From: Octopus vulgaris
Lineage: Eukaryota
Length of the DNA: 64,000 nt
NCBI GenBank assembly: GCA_951406725.2
Contig: OX597831.1
Location: 1,984,001 to 2,048,000 of the forward strand
Direction: 5' to 3'
The notes under the pieces are model-generated. The model searched no databases and was not told the DNA's origin. It worked only from the letters and a program-made list of their open reading frames with translations. Positions 12,006 to 26,280 of the stretch are shown piece after piece (position 1 is the first letter of the stretch; every line of letters begins with the position of its first letter). The position numbers and the translations under genes were made by a program.

Positions 12006-12785
12006 ATATATATGCACACACACATACTGTCCACTTTTTGTCCTCTCTACTAGCTGCCTAATTGCTTGAGGCTTATAACTTCCTACGCTTGAATCCCTGA
12101 ATTGTATTTACATATGTGTTTGTATGTATATACATACATATATATGTCTGTGTGTGTGTTGTGGTAAGTCATTAGGGCTTCAGATAAAGTGCTTTGTAGT
12201 ATTTGTTCCTTTCTCTGCACTCTGGGTTCAAATACCACCAAAGTCATCTTTGCCTTTCATCCTTTTGTGGTCAATAAATAAACTACCAAGTCAGGTACAA
12301 TGGTTGCTGCTTCTCTTACCTTCTCTCACGCTCTCTTTCTCTCGCACACACCTTTTTTTCAAGAAGGAATTACCTCTGTTGAAACCTGGAAAGGGATTGG
12401 TTCTGCTTGATTTAGTGTGCCAAAAATTGGCCATGCTATAACAGTGTCCCTAAAAATTTCTACAGGAGTTGAGGCCTGACTATATGCACACTCCCCCACC
12501 CTCTCTTTCTCTCTCTCACACACACACACACACATACAACAAACTTCTGCAGTAGTTTCTATCCATCAATTGTTTCTCATCAACTATTGCTGCTCAGCCT
12601 GAGGTTAGAACGATGCCATACAGAGACTCCCCCATTGGCTTGGCTAATAGATGGATTATCTTTAAACCAGATGCTAGTGTTTTCCTGTTGACATTTCAGT
12701 TTTTGCATATAGGAACATAGTTTATGTTTCTGAAGCATCTGCCTAGCAAAGCTAATAGCTGGCCTGTTGTATACTCTACTGCTAA

Positions 12786-13177
12786 TCTATATATATATAA
12801 AACTGAAGTTGTCTGTGTGTGGCAGGTTTGGTAGCCTTCAACTAACACTATCTCCTCCGAGACCCTGCGGCGCAAGTTGACCAAAATTGAGAGTATGATA
12901 GAAGAAGGCTTACTCTTCATTCTGTAGAAGATAAAATTCAAATCGGACCATGTTAAGACCAAAAATTATTTACATCAAAAAGGTGCTTTTTTTCTAGGAA
13001 AATCCCTATTTTTTACGATTTTTTTACTGCTGTGTCACCATTTTTCGGTGTATTTCAACCAGAAAAATGTTCACTTAAAGAGAATAACAAGCTACATAAT
13101 GCAAATTTTTTACTTTTCAAAAATTCCAATTCTGAAGGGTCGAAACAAACCCAAGCAACGCCGGGCGATACTGCTAG
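12786..13177 (+). mobile_element. Non-autonomous Helitron
   Basis: A|TC start, CTAG|T end, subterminal hairpin cccaagcaacgccggg; second copy at 32942-33357. Confidence 0.85.
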
Positions 13178-13399
13178 TTAGTGATAAGGTTTAAACTTTA
13201 ATTTATGAATTGCCAAACTTCTAAGAAAAAATACCTATTTGCCTGAGGTGAGTTGTTTTACAGCTTGGTGTCCTTCCCATTGCTAACCCTTACGTGTTTT
13301 TTTTTTTTTTTCAATTAAGGAATATCTTATTCCACAAACCTTTGAAGATGCAGAAAATAACAGGGAAAATAACATTATTGCCACCTGTAGTTGAGTGAC

Positions 13400-13676
13400 T
13401 TTCCCACGCTGAGAGTTGCTGAAGCATGGAACAAACTGCTGGCATCAGTTGTTAGTTGTCGGAGCACTGCATCCTTCAAAACTTCCATGCTTCCTGAGAT
13501 TCGCCAACACTACCCCTGATTTTCTCCCCTCCATACACACACAAGCATGTATCTGACTCATACATTGTTCGCTTTCCAGACATTTTTACATTACTGCATA
13601 TACTTTATATGCACTTTCTGACAAGTTGTGGTGCACCTGAGCACTGTATACAATAATTTCATTATTATTATTATTA
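13400..13676 (+). pseudogene. CR1-like LINE 3' end
   Basis: LRVAEAWNKLLASVVSCRSTASFK, 3' UTR and (ATT)n tail; tail recurs reversed at ~50955-51040. Confidence 0.7.
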
Positions 13677-14589
13677 GAAGCACAAATGTATGCATGCACG
13701 CGTGCACACACAAACACACACACACATACATGCATACCCACAAGCACATACACACACATGATGAGTTTCTTACAGTTTTCATCTACCAAAACCACTCACA
13801 GGACTTTGATCAACCCAGGTCTATAGACTATAGAAGACACTTGGCCAAAGTCTGACACTATAGGACTGAATGAAGAACTGTGTAGTTGGTAAGCGAATGT
13901 CTTAACCATACAGTCATGCCTTCGATTTTCCTAGAATAAACAACCTGATTCCATGTTGACCGTATCGTTGATGGGAGATGATGTTAAATGTCATTGTTTC
14001 AACAAAGTCTATACAACTAGTGTTGGGTGGTTTCCAAACGAGGTGAACTTACAAAACTACTGCAATCTCATTAATTACTCTCCCACACAAAATTATCAAA
14101 ATTGATGCAATTTGTACATTTCGGTTTCATTTGTTCGTTTTTACGTCTGATTTTCCATCCTGGCATGGGTTACACAAACGCAAATTATTAAGGCAAAAAA
14201 TGTTTTTGCCTTAATTATGCAATAATAAAGGTTAGCAACAGAAGAACCAGAATACTGTTTCTGTTGCCAACGTCTCTCTCTTTTGTGTGTGTGTGTGTGC
14301 ATGTTATTAAAGCAAAGGATTTTTTGGTCCACACATTGTAGAAAGTGCAAAGCCAGTGGTTTGTTGACTGGAGAAATGACAATGCCCACACTGCTTCTAG
14401 CTCATAATCTTTTGAGAAAGACAAATATAAACAAATACAAACACATATATTCACTAGAGGCTTGTTTCAGTTTCCATCTATCAAATCCACTTACAAGGTT
14501 TTGGTTGGCCTTGGGCTATAATAGACAACACTTGCCCGTGGTATCATTCAGAGTTTAAACTTAAGACTATGAATGCAAAACCATGCCGT

Positions 14590-14868
14590 TACTCTTTTAC
14601 TCTTTTACTTGTTTCAGTCATTTGACTGTGGCCATGCTAGAGCACTGCCTTTAGTCGAGCAAATTGACCCCAGGACTTATTCTTTGTAAGCCTAGTACTT
14701 ATTCTATTGGGTCTTTTGCCAAACCGCTAGGTTACGGGGACGTAAACACACCAGCATCGGTTGTCAAGCGATGTTGTGGGGACAAACACAGACACACAAA
14801 CATATACACACACATACATACATATATATATACACACATATATATACGACGGGTTTCTTTCAGTTTCC
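14590..14868 (-). mobile_element. SINE family A, 3' half
   Basis: Consensus match. Confidence 0.85.
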
Positions 14869-14980
14869 TAAATGTGAAATATGTCAACATATTTCATCAT
14901 GTTGAACTGTTAATCCCTACACATTTTTACTCTCTCTGTTTTTTTTTTTTGTTCTCTCACCATTTTTTCCCCTCTCGATC

Positions 14981-15016
14981 CCTTCTGTCGAAGAGCATAG
15001 GCTCAAAATATCAAAG
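14981..15016 (+). ncRNA. Decayed minimal hammerhead motif
   Basis: CCTT-CTGTCGA-A-GAGC atag GCTC-AAAA-TAT-C-AAAG; GAAACGTC decayed through CpG changes. Confidence 0.45.
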
Positions 15017-15347
15017 ACTTTTCCATTTTTCCTAAGGATCAAATTAATACACCTGTTTGTTGTTCCCCTCACCTGTCTTAATCTTTTGTTTTCTGTAAAT
15101 TTAAACTATATAAATATAAAATTCAATCAACATTCATGCTGGTCAAAAGGAATAAACATCCTTCTGTTAAAACATCCATTAATGTTATTATCGCCTGAAG
15201 AAATGAATCCATAAAGATGATCAACCCTATGCCCACAGATACTATGGACTACACTGTAATCATCCCAGGAATACAGACTGTGATCTTAAGACGTGATTTG
15301 TGGAAACGTGCGTAGTGATGCATTACATGCTTATAAATTCCATTATG

Positions 15348-15380
<33 letters not shown>

Positions 15381-15383
<3 letters not shown>

Positions 15384-15760
15384 CGCAGGTGTGACTGTGT
15401 GGAAAGAAGCTTACATCCCGGTCACATAGTTCCAGGTTCAGTCCCACTGTCTGGCACCTTGAGCAAGTGTCTCCTACTATAACCCTCTGGGATGACCAAA
15501 GCCTTGTGAGTGGATTTGGTAGATGGAAACTGAGAGAAGCCTATCGTGTGATTGTTGTAAATGAGCCATGAACAGCATACAGTCAGTGTCTTGTTTCCAG
15601 TCTTCCATGAAAACATGTCCAGCTATGGGCGGGGGGATATTACTTAACTTGGAAACAGGTGAGGTTTGGCAACAGGAAAGGCACCCATATGTAGAAAATC
15701 TGTTCCAACAAATTCTATGGAAAAATGGACATTAATATGATGAAGATGATGATGATGAGG
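15381..15760 (+). mobile_element. Hybrid SINE: family A head with V-domain-like tail
   Basis: aggcgcaggtgtgactgtgtgg...ggaaactgag, then gtttggcaacaggaaaggcacc...gatgatgatg. Confidence 0.7.
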
Positions 15761-16483
15761 GTGGTGGTGGCGGTGACGACAACGACGACAGTGGTGACTG
15801 TGATGATAATGATGTAGAGGACTGAATTGTATGAGCATTACTATTCTGAGTTTCATGTTCCTGATCATGACAATTGGGAATGTGAAACACTCAGCAGTGA
15901 CTTGCTAAATAATTCAGTCTGAAATAAAATGTATTTCATTCTAATGAAAAGTATGTAGTTCTCTTTCATTTAATAGCTGCACAAACATGTTACCATTTAT
16001 ATTTGATATTTCTCTGTTTATCTATCCATCCAGCTATCTGTCTGTCATCTTTCTCTCTGTCTATCTGTAGTTCTATCATCTTTTTGTCTGTCTGTCTATC
16101 TATCTATCTATCCATCTATTTATCTATCCAGCCAGCCAGCCATACACAAACTTACATGCACATACACACATATACAGATGTTGATTTTGTAAAGCAAATG
16201 AAATACGGTGCACTTTTGTAAGCAAATATTTCAAAAAGAACATGTGGCAGTTGTTAAAGTGGTGCTAGTGATGTATTGATGTAGTAGTTAGTAGCTCCTG
16301 TAATATTGTAGTAGTAGTGGCTGTAATGGTATTCGTATGGTAGTGACTACATTGGTGTAGTATAGCATGATGTGGTATAGATCTAACAGTTATATATATA
16401 TATATATGTGTGTGTGTTTTATATATATATATGTGTGTGTGTGATATATGTGTGTGTGTTTTGTGTGTGTGTGTGAATATATA

Positions 16484-16530
<47 letters not shown>

Positions 16531-16566
16531 CTGTTATAGTTGTTGATTCTAGGATCATGTTATTTT

Positions 16567-16918
16567 CAAGATTTCTCAACCATTTTTTACCTATGGACCC
16601 CTTTGATTACTATTTTATTCTGGCAGACCCACATAGCCATTTGATATTTAAAAACTTGTTTTATAGAAACTTCTTTCAAAATTCCTATTTTGCTATTCAC
16701 ACATCAACCTGTCCAGGCTGAACTATGTAAAACATTAGAGAGAAAAACCCCAGCTGTTTCTTGCAATACATACCAATACATACATCAAAAGCAAAATTTT
16801 TTCAGGAGCCCTTAAAATGCTATTCTGGATCCCCTATTTACTATTTTGTTGCATGGACCCCCCTGGAAATCTATTACGGACCCTCAGGGGCTGTATGGAT
16901 CCCAGTTGAGAACCACTG
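16567..16918. mobile_element. hAT-type MITE
   Basis: tttctcaaccattttttacctatggacccc ... gttgagaaccactg; related copy at 60612-60855. Confidence 0.7.
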
Positions 16919-17190
16919 AATTACGTGAGTAAACTGTTGATGCAGTTTTGTTTTAATTTGTCAATAGCAGCGATGATATGATCAGAGAAACATATAGATT
17001 ATGAAATATCATCAAACAATTGTATAGAAGGCTGCTCCAGTGGCATATTGTGTCACCTTTATCAATTTTATATCAGACTGTATGGTCAGACGTATGCTTC
17101 CTGACTATATAGTTTCAGTTTCAGTTCCACTGTGTAGCACCTTGGGCAGGTGCCTTCTTGGGCCAACCAAAGCCTTGTTAGTGGATTTTT

Positions 17191-17418
17191 TTAACCCTTT
17201 CATTGCTGTATTTATTTTGAGATGCTCTGTGTTTTTTTCAATTATTTTAAATATAACAAAGAATTTAGTAAAATAACTTCGTTATCATTCAGCTAGTTTT
17301 AGGAACATAAATTGTGACTAAGGTTTGGTGGAAGATTTTAATTCAAAACTTATGGAAACAAGACATTTGTACTCAGAGCCAGAGCTGGTTTCAGCCGGGT
17401 TGGGAACAAAAGGCTTAA
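17191..17418. mobile_element. piggyBac-like MITE nested in a SINE
   Basis: TTAA|CCCTTTC ... AAAGGC|TTAA; same family at 20927, 43929, 54370, 59655. Confidence 0.85.
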
Positions 17419-18470
17419 ACAGAAACTGAAAGCAGCATGTTGTACATATTGTGTATGTACCTGCATATATTTGTGTGTTATTGTCTCTTTGCCTGAACAA
17501 CATGATGGTTGTAAACGAATTTTACTGCTGTACAAGTGGTGTCCTTCATTTCCTATCTTCCATAGAAACATGTCTGGTTTGGAAGAAGTAGTAATTTATT
17601 TGGAAACAGGCAAGGGTTGGTGATAGGAAGGGCATCCAGTCATAGAAAATTCATCTCGACAAATTCTGCACATATGGAAAAGCAGATGTTAAAGTGATGG
17701 TGATGTCAATATGTCTGCTGTGTTTTGTTGTAACTTGTTATATTCTGAGTTCAAATCCTGTCAAAGCTAAAGTTAACTTTATATCAGTGATATTTTATTT
17801 TATCTCAGAAGGCAAATAAATTACAATTGAAATACTTGGGTTGATTTTTTTTTTTTTTTTCTAATGCATCCTAGATGTATAACTTTAATAAAAAACTGAA
17901 ACCTGTATGCTTTCCAAACATGACATTTATGGGTCTGCAAAGTCAACATTAGCTACCATCTTTTAGCACCTTTCTAATCAACAACTCAGATAATCTTTAA
18001 GTGGCCACTCAACCTGCAAGAAATAGCAGCCAAATTTCCCTCACATCACACCTAACCATCCTAAAATAATAGGATGGTTGGGTGTGATATGACATTATTA
18101 TCTAATATGTCATACTAGGGACATATTAGATGGATATATTAGATAATAAGGTCTTAGAAACACTGACCCTAAAAAAAAGAATGAAAGAAAGAAAAGTTGG
18201 CAGACTGAAAAGTTGGTAGACAGACTGGAATGCTTTTGATCATGAGTCTTACTTGTTTGGGTATGATCTAAGACTAGACAACAGGATGAATGCAGATGGC
18301 CAGACCTGTTAGTTAAAAATATTAAAAAAAGAATATTGCAAGGAATCTCCTGGTGGTATGCATCTGTAACAAATTTCTTTTTTTTTTTAAATTTGGGAAT
18401 TTTGGGAATTTTTGATACGGTCGCTTCATATCAAGATTTGATCTTGAATAAAGTCAGAAGGAAATTCACG

Positions 18471-18525
18471 ATGGTCTGTGCTATCAGCAACAGTTACTCT
18501 ATGCTAGAGTCTGTAGAAGAATTTG
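18471..18525 (+). CDS. Candidate alternative first coding exon (MVCAISNSYSMLESVEEF)
   Basis: cacgATGG Kozak context, TTTG|GTATGT donor, unique sequence with local CpGs; no homology recognised. Confidence 0.25.
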
Positions 18526-19605
18526 GTATGTTTTAAAATGAATGAACAAAGAATTTAAAACATTTGTTTAAGTTTGAAGAAAAAAACGAGAGAGAGAGAG
18601 ATGCAGTGTGAGGAGAGATATTGTGGTTTGGCTGGGAGTGAGTTAAAAAAAAAAGAAATTATTGAGTGTAAGGAGTGGCGAGCATGTGTGGTTGTATGCA
18701 GTGTTCTGGGGGCATTTGATCTCCTGTCGGCTATGGAACCAGGAGTGAAACAGCTGTGTTTGCCATGCTGCAGCTCCCTTGTTAGAATTATATGAATTAA
18801 AAGATAGTCTAATGGTACCAATTGTATCCATGTCTGTCAGTACATTAAAGCAAGATTGGTGGTGATGGTGATGTAATTGAGAATGTTTACAAGAGGGTTT
18901 GGATGATAGGAGAGATTAGCAAGATTGTAAAAAGTCACGCCATGCCATGCTGTGCAAGTGTATGTATGTATGCATGTGTGTGTGTGTGTGTAGCTGTGTC
19001 TTTTAACAATAAAGCTCTGTGTGTAAATTTGTGTGTGTGTGTATGTGTACGTGTCACTGTAGGTTGGTGTGTGTTTAACCTTCTTTAAAACTTTGTGTGT
19101 GAATGTACATTTTTTTTAACATTCTACATTGTGTGTGTGTGTGTGTGTATATTCTAATATTAACTTCTGTGTCTGTCTTCATGTATATAACATTCATTAA
19201 AGCTCTGTGTATATAAGTATATATGCATGTGTGCGTGTATTTATATATATTTGTTTATGTATCAATCTGAGCGTGTTGTAAGGTTTTCTAAAACCATATG
19301 TGTGTAGAACATATGTACTAAGTTATGGAGAGGAACGGTAACTTAGAATACTCCATATCATCTATTAATACATTTATATATCTATAAATGTGCCAACATG
19401 TTGACTTGGCGCCATGGGTTCAATTCTCACCTGATATTCTCTTTTATGTATTCTTCCATATTCTTCCATGTGTCCTCTTTGACTCTGTCCTCATTTAGTA
19501 TTCAAATAGATAACTTTATTCCTTTTTTTTCCTCTATGTTCATTCCCCTGCCCAACCCTTACTACTTCCCCATCATGACTCCCTTCTCATTTATATATGT
19601 ATAAC

Positions 19606-19646
<41 letters not shown>

Positions 19647-20054
19647 TAAATAAAACAAATGCATATATATATATACATATATGTACGTACCTACCTCTAC
19701 ATATATATATACACGCATATATGAGTACAGGACACCAAAAAAACGTCGAACACAATGAGAAATGAAAACATAGACACAAACCCAAGGAACTGGACATTTT
19801 TCTTAAACAACAAAAAAATAGAGTACAGGACAAATAACACATATGTATAACGTATATATATATATATATATGTATAACGTATATATATATGTATATATAT
19901 ATATATATATTGGCCTGCTCGCTTAGCCAGCGGGGTGGCGTCATTTGAAGGATAAAACAATGCGAAGCGCATTGTGACCAGTGATGTGTAACAACATCTG
20001 ATAGCCTGGTTGGTCACGGTGATCACGGTGATATATATATATATATATTATAAT

Positions 20055-20470
20055 TATTATTTGTTGAGTCAGAGAGCAGTGCATGCTATCAAAGTGACAC
20101 TGGGGTAGAATATACGAAGCTCAGTATACCCATCATGACTACCCGTCTAATAAGGGTACACCAGGCACATGCATCACAACCATATGTGTGCGACATGGTG
20201 ATCTCATATCAAGATAAACAGCGCATGACCTTGCAGGTGGGGCCCAGTTAAAATTTTCTTCAGGTTGAATAGCTCATCCCGCTCGAAAAGGTCCCTGAAT
20301 AAGGGTTGTTTAAGGATGTTGAATGAAACACCCATGTTTACTTGGTTGAATTATTCAAATCCCAAAGAATTCCTCTCAACACGTGGCTATGATGTTCCCC
20401 CATTACTTTTGCTCGTGATCCAAGATGCACATATTGTCAGCCACCAAGGGACATGCTCAAATGGTTAAGT
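20055..20470 (-). mobile_element. Non-LTR retroelement/SINE family F
   Basis: 3' part near-identical to 23516-23705 (+), which ends in (AAT)n. Confidence 0.75.
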
Positions 20471-20926
20471 ATTGGGAAAACCATTACTGTGCCAAACGAT
20501 ATGCTTAGCAGCTTTTAGTCTGTCTTTGTGTTTGCAGTTTAAATCCTGGCAAAGTTGATTTTGCTTTTCACCCTTTCTGGGTTGATAAAAATGAGTACCA
20601 GTTGTGCACTGGGATCGATGTAATTGACTAACGACACCCCCGCAAAATTTCAGGCTTTGTGCCTATAGTAGAAAGGATTATCATCATCATCATCATTGCC
20701 TTTCATGCAATTCTACTGTTGGCAATTGTAAACAAAGTGGTAGAACATGTTTTGTTTACTGCCGAGTTCACTGAAGCATACTGAATGTCTTATCTAAGGT
20801 TACATCCAGTTTCATTGTAGTTGGATATAATATAAATCTGTCGTGTTCTTATTGGGGAATGTTTTTGAGGTCACTAATCCACCTAGAAATAACAGCTAAA
20901 TGTCCCGCAAATCCCTCCTTTCTGCC

Positions 20927-21157
20927 TTAACCCATTTGTTACCATATTTCTGTTGAAAGACACTTGCTTTGTTTTTAATTAATTTTGAAAATAATGAAGA
21001 ATTTATTCAAATAACTTTGTTATTAAACAAGGTTTTTTTTTAAACAAATTAGCATAAAACTTGAATGGTAAGTTTTAATTTGAATTACTTTAAAACAGGA
21101 AGGTTATGCCATAGAGACAAGTGTGGTCTCAGGCAGGTTGGTATCAAAAAGGGTTAA
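20927..21157. mobile_element. piggyBac-like MITE nested in family D
   Basis: TTAACCC...GGGTTAA. Confidence 0.8.
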
Positions 21158-21719
21158 AAATAACCCTAAAAGGACACATGAAATAATGTAGTCCCAGGGA
21201 TACTGTTCTTTTAAAAAATAAATTAGTGATCACAGCTGTTATACCTTTGATCTTAGATTTACTCAATCAGGGCTGACCTAGGGCTAAATAGCCACAACAG
21301 CTATAATGTTAGGAAGCCTTTTTGTCCAATGATACAACAGTGCCAGGTGGACTGGGTTAGTAATGTGTTTTGTATAAGGCAAACCTGCTAAATAGGACAA
21401 TTTAATTGGTGTGACTGAGATTTATACATATTACTTCGCTGACTGTCTCAACACACACATGCACATAAGAATGCACATGTTCTGACTCCAGCTGCACTCC
21501 ACAGCTTAACTGCCACTCCTCCCACACATGCTTGACTTGCTAGAAATTGCAGTCAAATCTCCCTTAAGTCACTCCCTACCGTTGTCTGAAATAAGGTAGG
21601 GTCACATTTAAATTATTCTGAATAAGCAGGATAGTCATGGCCGGAATGCCTTTGATCATAGGTTTGCTCAATCAGGGCTGAGGCCAAGGGTTAAACAATA
21701 CCATGTTCTGATTTTCACA

Positions 21720-22400
21720 ATGCATTCCACATACAACATTCCCTGTTTGCCACTCTTTACATAACAATATACCTTCATTATCATACTGTACCTCACACAG
21801 TGTACCCTCACTGCCACACTGTACCTCATATAATGTATCTCATTGCCACAGAGTATTCCACACAATGCACCCTCCTTCCCTACATACTGTACCCTGTGCA
21901 ACATAGCACGACTACTATACTATGCTCTAAACAACATACCCATGCAACTTCACTACAACCCACACATCATACCATAACTACCACAGCGTACCCCATACTG
22001 CATGCTCTATTCTCACTGCTGTAGTGTATCCCACACATTACACCCACGCTTCCACTGCCATGCTGTACTCCATACAACATGCCTATACTGCTTCACTGTA
22101 ACCCACCCAACATACCCACTACCACACTGTACTTCATATACCATACCCACACTACTATACTATACCCTACACAACATACTCTCACTTCCATACTGCTCCC
22201 CACACAACATACCATGACTACCACATTATAGCCCCCACAGACACACATCACACCCATGCTCCCACATACAGCACACCCACACTACTTCACTGTAACCCAC
22301 ATGTCATACCCTCACTATCACACCATCCCTCACACAACATGCTGTGACTATTGCATGTATCCCTCCCTCCACTTGATATGCTCTGATTGCCTCACTGCAC
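21720..22400. repeat. Degenerate ~30-bp C/A-rich minisatellite
   Basis: Recurring cacacaacataccc.cactgccacactgtacc-like units. Confidence 0.7.
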
Positions 22401-23898
22401 CTGATGCATGTCTTTATGCATACGCAGCATAAAGAACATGGTTTTCACAGGCACACTTTACGCTGCACATGTCTTCATTGTCATATGGTGTCCCCAGGGC
22501 TGTGGAGTTGATACACAAAACCTTCAACTCTGATTCCAGTTCATCAATTTGTGGTTTTCAGATAAAAAGGCTGTAAGTTTGCCATGGTGGCTTTTCTATA
22601 TTATTTAATAAAAAAAAAATAAACATAAAAACATACAAACAGATTTCTAAAAAAATTTTAAAAAGTCGTTTTTATCAAAATGCTATAAATAAGGTAAGAA
22701 GATAAAAAGAAATTTAACTATAAAAATACTATAAATGAAAATCTGCAATATCTTTGTTGAATAAGTTCAGAAACTTCAAGTATATCAAAGTCAGAACTAA
22801 AAGATTGGACACCTAAAGCTACTTAATAAATGACAATTTTTTTCTAATTGGTCAGTTAGATATAATTTTTCTTTTTCAAGATTAAAGCATTGCTTGAATA
22901 TAAAATTTAAATGAATGCGAAGAATACATTAAATGAAATAAAAACCATATTGCACAAAATTTTACAGTTTATCTGAAAATTTATGAAAGAAATTCCAAAA
23001 ACCCTAATTCAAAATTTACTAACACCATGATCTTACAAGCTGAATGGTTTGGTTCACTGATCCTCCTTTATAGAAAGCCTCAGCATATCCATTACTGTAG
23101 TTCTGTGAAAATACATTACATTTGTTTCAACTAATTCTGAAAATGATGAAGAATTTAGTAGAACAACTTTGCTGCTATTAAGCTGGCATTTGGAACATAA
23201 AATGAAATTTTGATGGAGGGTTTTTAACTTAGATTGTTTTAAAACAGGAAATTTGTAAGTTAGGTTGACAAGGGCTAAGCAAAAATTGACTACGACCCTC
23301 TCTCACTACTTTTACTCCATCATGACTGTTATTATCACCACTATCACATTCTCTTCATTGTCATCATAATGTCATCCACCAGCCCAATGAGGTAGTCAGT
23401 GGGCTGGTAGATGACATTATGGTTCCTCAACCTGCTAGAAATTCTATCTCTAGATTTCCTTTATTAGTCATTAGGGTCCAAAACATTGGGGACAGTACAA
23501 AAGGTTAAATAATAATAAGGTCATGCGCTGTTTATCTTGATATGAGATCACCATGTCACGCACATATGGTTGTGATGCATGTGCCTGGTGTACCTTTATC
23601 AGATGGGTAGTCATGATGGGCATACTGGGCTTCGTATATTTTACCCCAGTGTCACTTTGATGGCATGCACTACTCTCTCACTCAATAATAATAATAATAA
23701 TAATAATGGTTTCAAATTGTGGCTTAAACAATAAATAAAAACTGTGAAATCCATCACAGAGAACCACACAACAATTGTTGAGTGCTCAGTAAACCAGTGG
23801 TAGATACACTTATGATTAATATACTGATTATATATACTAAACACATTGTTTGTGGGATAGCCCAATATATATTTATGAAATGAAATATTTACATAGTC

Positions 23899-23970
23899 AA
23901 ACCAGTTTCACGTGTACTAATCATGACTAAGTAGTTAGTGATAATGTTAGTATTTCATGCTATCATCAGT
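23899..23970 (-). ncRNA. Hammerhead-like motif with extended stem II
   Basis: Minus strand: CTGATGA TA GCATG aaa TACTAA...TTAGTA CACGT GAAAC TG GTT; stem I not evident. Confidence 0.4.
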
Positions 23971-23983
23971 TTTCATTAAATTG

Positions 23984-24228
23984 GGCCTCATGGAGGTAAA
24001 GTGGCTAAGTTTCTTTCAAGTGTTGGGCCTCACAGAGGCAATGAGTAAGACCTTTGGCATTATATCGTGCTTGAGAAGAAGACCCATCAAGCCAAGCAAA
24101 ATCACAGTCACGGCAGATACCAGTGTCATGCAAATGGCACCCATGCCAGTGGCATGTAAAGGCACCCATTACACTTTTGGAGTGGTTGGCGTTAGGAAGG
24201 GCATCCAACCCATGGACAATGATGATGA
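23984..24228 (+). mobile_element. SINE family C, internally deleted
   Basis: ggagtggttggcgttaggaagggcatcc core. Confidence 0.75.
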
Positions 24229-24229
24229 A

Positions 24230-24445
24230 TAATGGTTTCAAATTTTGCCAAGGGCAGCAATTTTGGGGGAGGGGATAAGTTGATTACATCAATCCCAGTG
24301 TTCAACTGGTACTTATTTTATCAACCCTAAAAGGATGAAAGGCAAAGTCAACCTTGGCAGAATTTGAACTCAGAATGTAAAGACGGACGGAATGCCACTA
24401 AACATTTTGCCTGGCATGCTAACAATTCTGCCAGTTCTCTGCCTT
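24230..24445 (-). mobile_element. SINE family B variant
   Basis: aaaggatgaaaggcaaagtcaacc...tttgaactcagaa. Confidence 0.8.
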
Positions 24446-24463
24446 AATAGTAATAGTAATAAT

Positions 24464-24837
24464 GGAGGCGCAATGGTCCAGTGGTTAGGGCAGCAGACTC
24501 GCGGTCGTAGGATCGCGGTTTCAATTCCCAGACCAGGCGTTGTGAGTGTTTATTGAGCGAAAACACCTAAAGCTCCACGAGGCTCTGGCAGGGGATGGTG
24601 GTGATCCCTGCTGTACTCTTTCACCACAACTTTCTCTCACTCTTTCTTCCTGTTTCTGTTGTACCTGTATTTCAAAGGGCCGGCCTTGTCACTCTTTGTG
24701 TCACGCTGAATATCCCCAAGAACTACATTAAGGGTACACGTGTCTGTGGAGTGCTCAGCCACTTACACGAGCAGGCTGTTCCGTTGGTCGGATCAACCGG
24801 AACCCTCATCGTCGTAACCGACGGAGTGCTTCCATCC
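24464..24837 (+). mobile_element. tRNA-derived SINE family H, full length
   Basis: tggtccagtggttagg A box, gtttcaattccc B box; aatagtaataat on both flanks (TSD-like). Confidence 0.85.
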
Positions 24838-25774
24838 AATAGTAATAATAATAATAATAATAATTGTAAATATCTAAGCAATTTTTTTATCAGAACTGCT
24901 ATTAACAAGCATCTGTCTGTGCGTCCGTGAACACTTCCTGAAATTCTTGTCCATACTCAAGCCAGCATTATTGTAATTGTTTAGCATACTTATCACTTCC
25001 CTCATTCTTTGTTGTTCAGTTTCCAAATATGTGGCTTCAGTTTCCTTCTAACAACTGTAGGTTGCTTATGGTATTGGTGGTGGTGATTCAGGTCACAAAT
25101 TCAAATGTTATTACTTGCACTACAACAACGGAGTTGTTCTTGTTTATAACGAATCCAGTGAAGTCCAGTTATGTAGTCCCACACTAAAGCTTTTATCCAT
25201 GTAAAGTTTTAGTCTCATGAAGTTCTTTCCCTCTAGAAACCTTATTCTAGAATAACAAAGCCCTCATCTCCATCATCAAGCTAGTAGCCATATTAAATGG
25301 TGCTGACCATATTACCAACAGCTGGGTCATGTGATATAATAGGTATATGTTGTTGGTGGTGTTCACTGTTCTGTTCAGAACAAAACACCTTTGGATGGTG
25401 AGTAAAGCAGTAGGCATCACCACCACCACCTGACTGCCTCTCTGGGCCTCCACACCAAGTATCAATTAGTGTTCAATAGTGCAAAGAGCATGGTCAATGA
25501 TGAGGCTGCCCTGCATTGCTAGTTGACATCTGAATGTCTGTTGGCTGCAGTAACCTTAAAGCCATTGGTCTAGGATTCCACCTAGGATACCAATGTCCTA
25601 TCGACATCTTCACCATATCCCTGGCCTGAGAAGCTAAGGAGTTGCTAGCGCTTACACCCAAGGTACCATCCCTGTCTATAATTGGAAGGGGCGACTTACT
25701 CTCTCTTTTATGGCCTGTAACTGATGTGGGTACTGTGATGGGTACACTACAGCATCCACATCAATGGTATATCA

Positions 25775-26280
25775 TCATCATTATTTAACATCCATTGTTC
25801 ATGCTGGCATGGGTTTGCTGGTTTGACCAGAGCTGGTGGTGGGGCTGCACCAGATTGATTTGGCACGGATGCCTTTCCTAATGCCAACCACTTTACAGAG
25901 TGTGCTGGGTGCTTTTACTTGGCAACTGCACAGGCACTTTTACATGGTACCCCACTGGCGCTTTTGCATGGCACCACACAGGTGCTTTTACATGTCACCG
26001 CACAGGCACTTTTACATGGTGCCACATGGTCACTTTTATGTGATGCTGCACAGGCATTTTTATGTGGCACCACATGGTTGCTTTCATGTGGCACTGCATG
26101 GGTGATTTTACTTGGCAACTGCACAGGCACTTTTACATGGTGCCACACAGGCGCTTTTGCATGGTGTCACATGGGCACTTTTATGTAGTACTGCACAGAT
26201 ATTTTTCCATGGCACCACATGGTTGCTTTCATGTGGAAGTGCATGGGTGCTTTTATGCAACACTGCCACTGGTGCTTCAC
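25775..26280 (-). repeat. SINE family C with expanded internal 21-bp minisatellite
   Basis: About 17 units of tttacatggtgccacacaggc-like sequence at 25910-26275. Confidence 0.85.

Noticed and set aside
24464-24540. tRNA gene
   Set aside because: A/B boxes run into a SINE body with no proper acceptor stem; it is a SINE head.
24930-25760. Possible decayed retroelement or exon
   Set aside because: No recognisable motif or open frame could be supported by eye.
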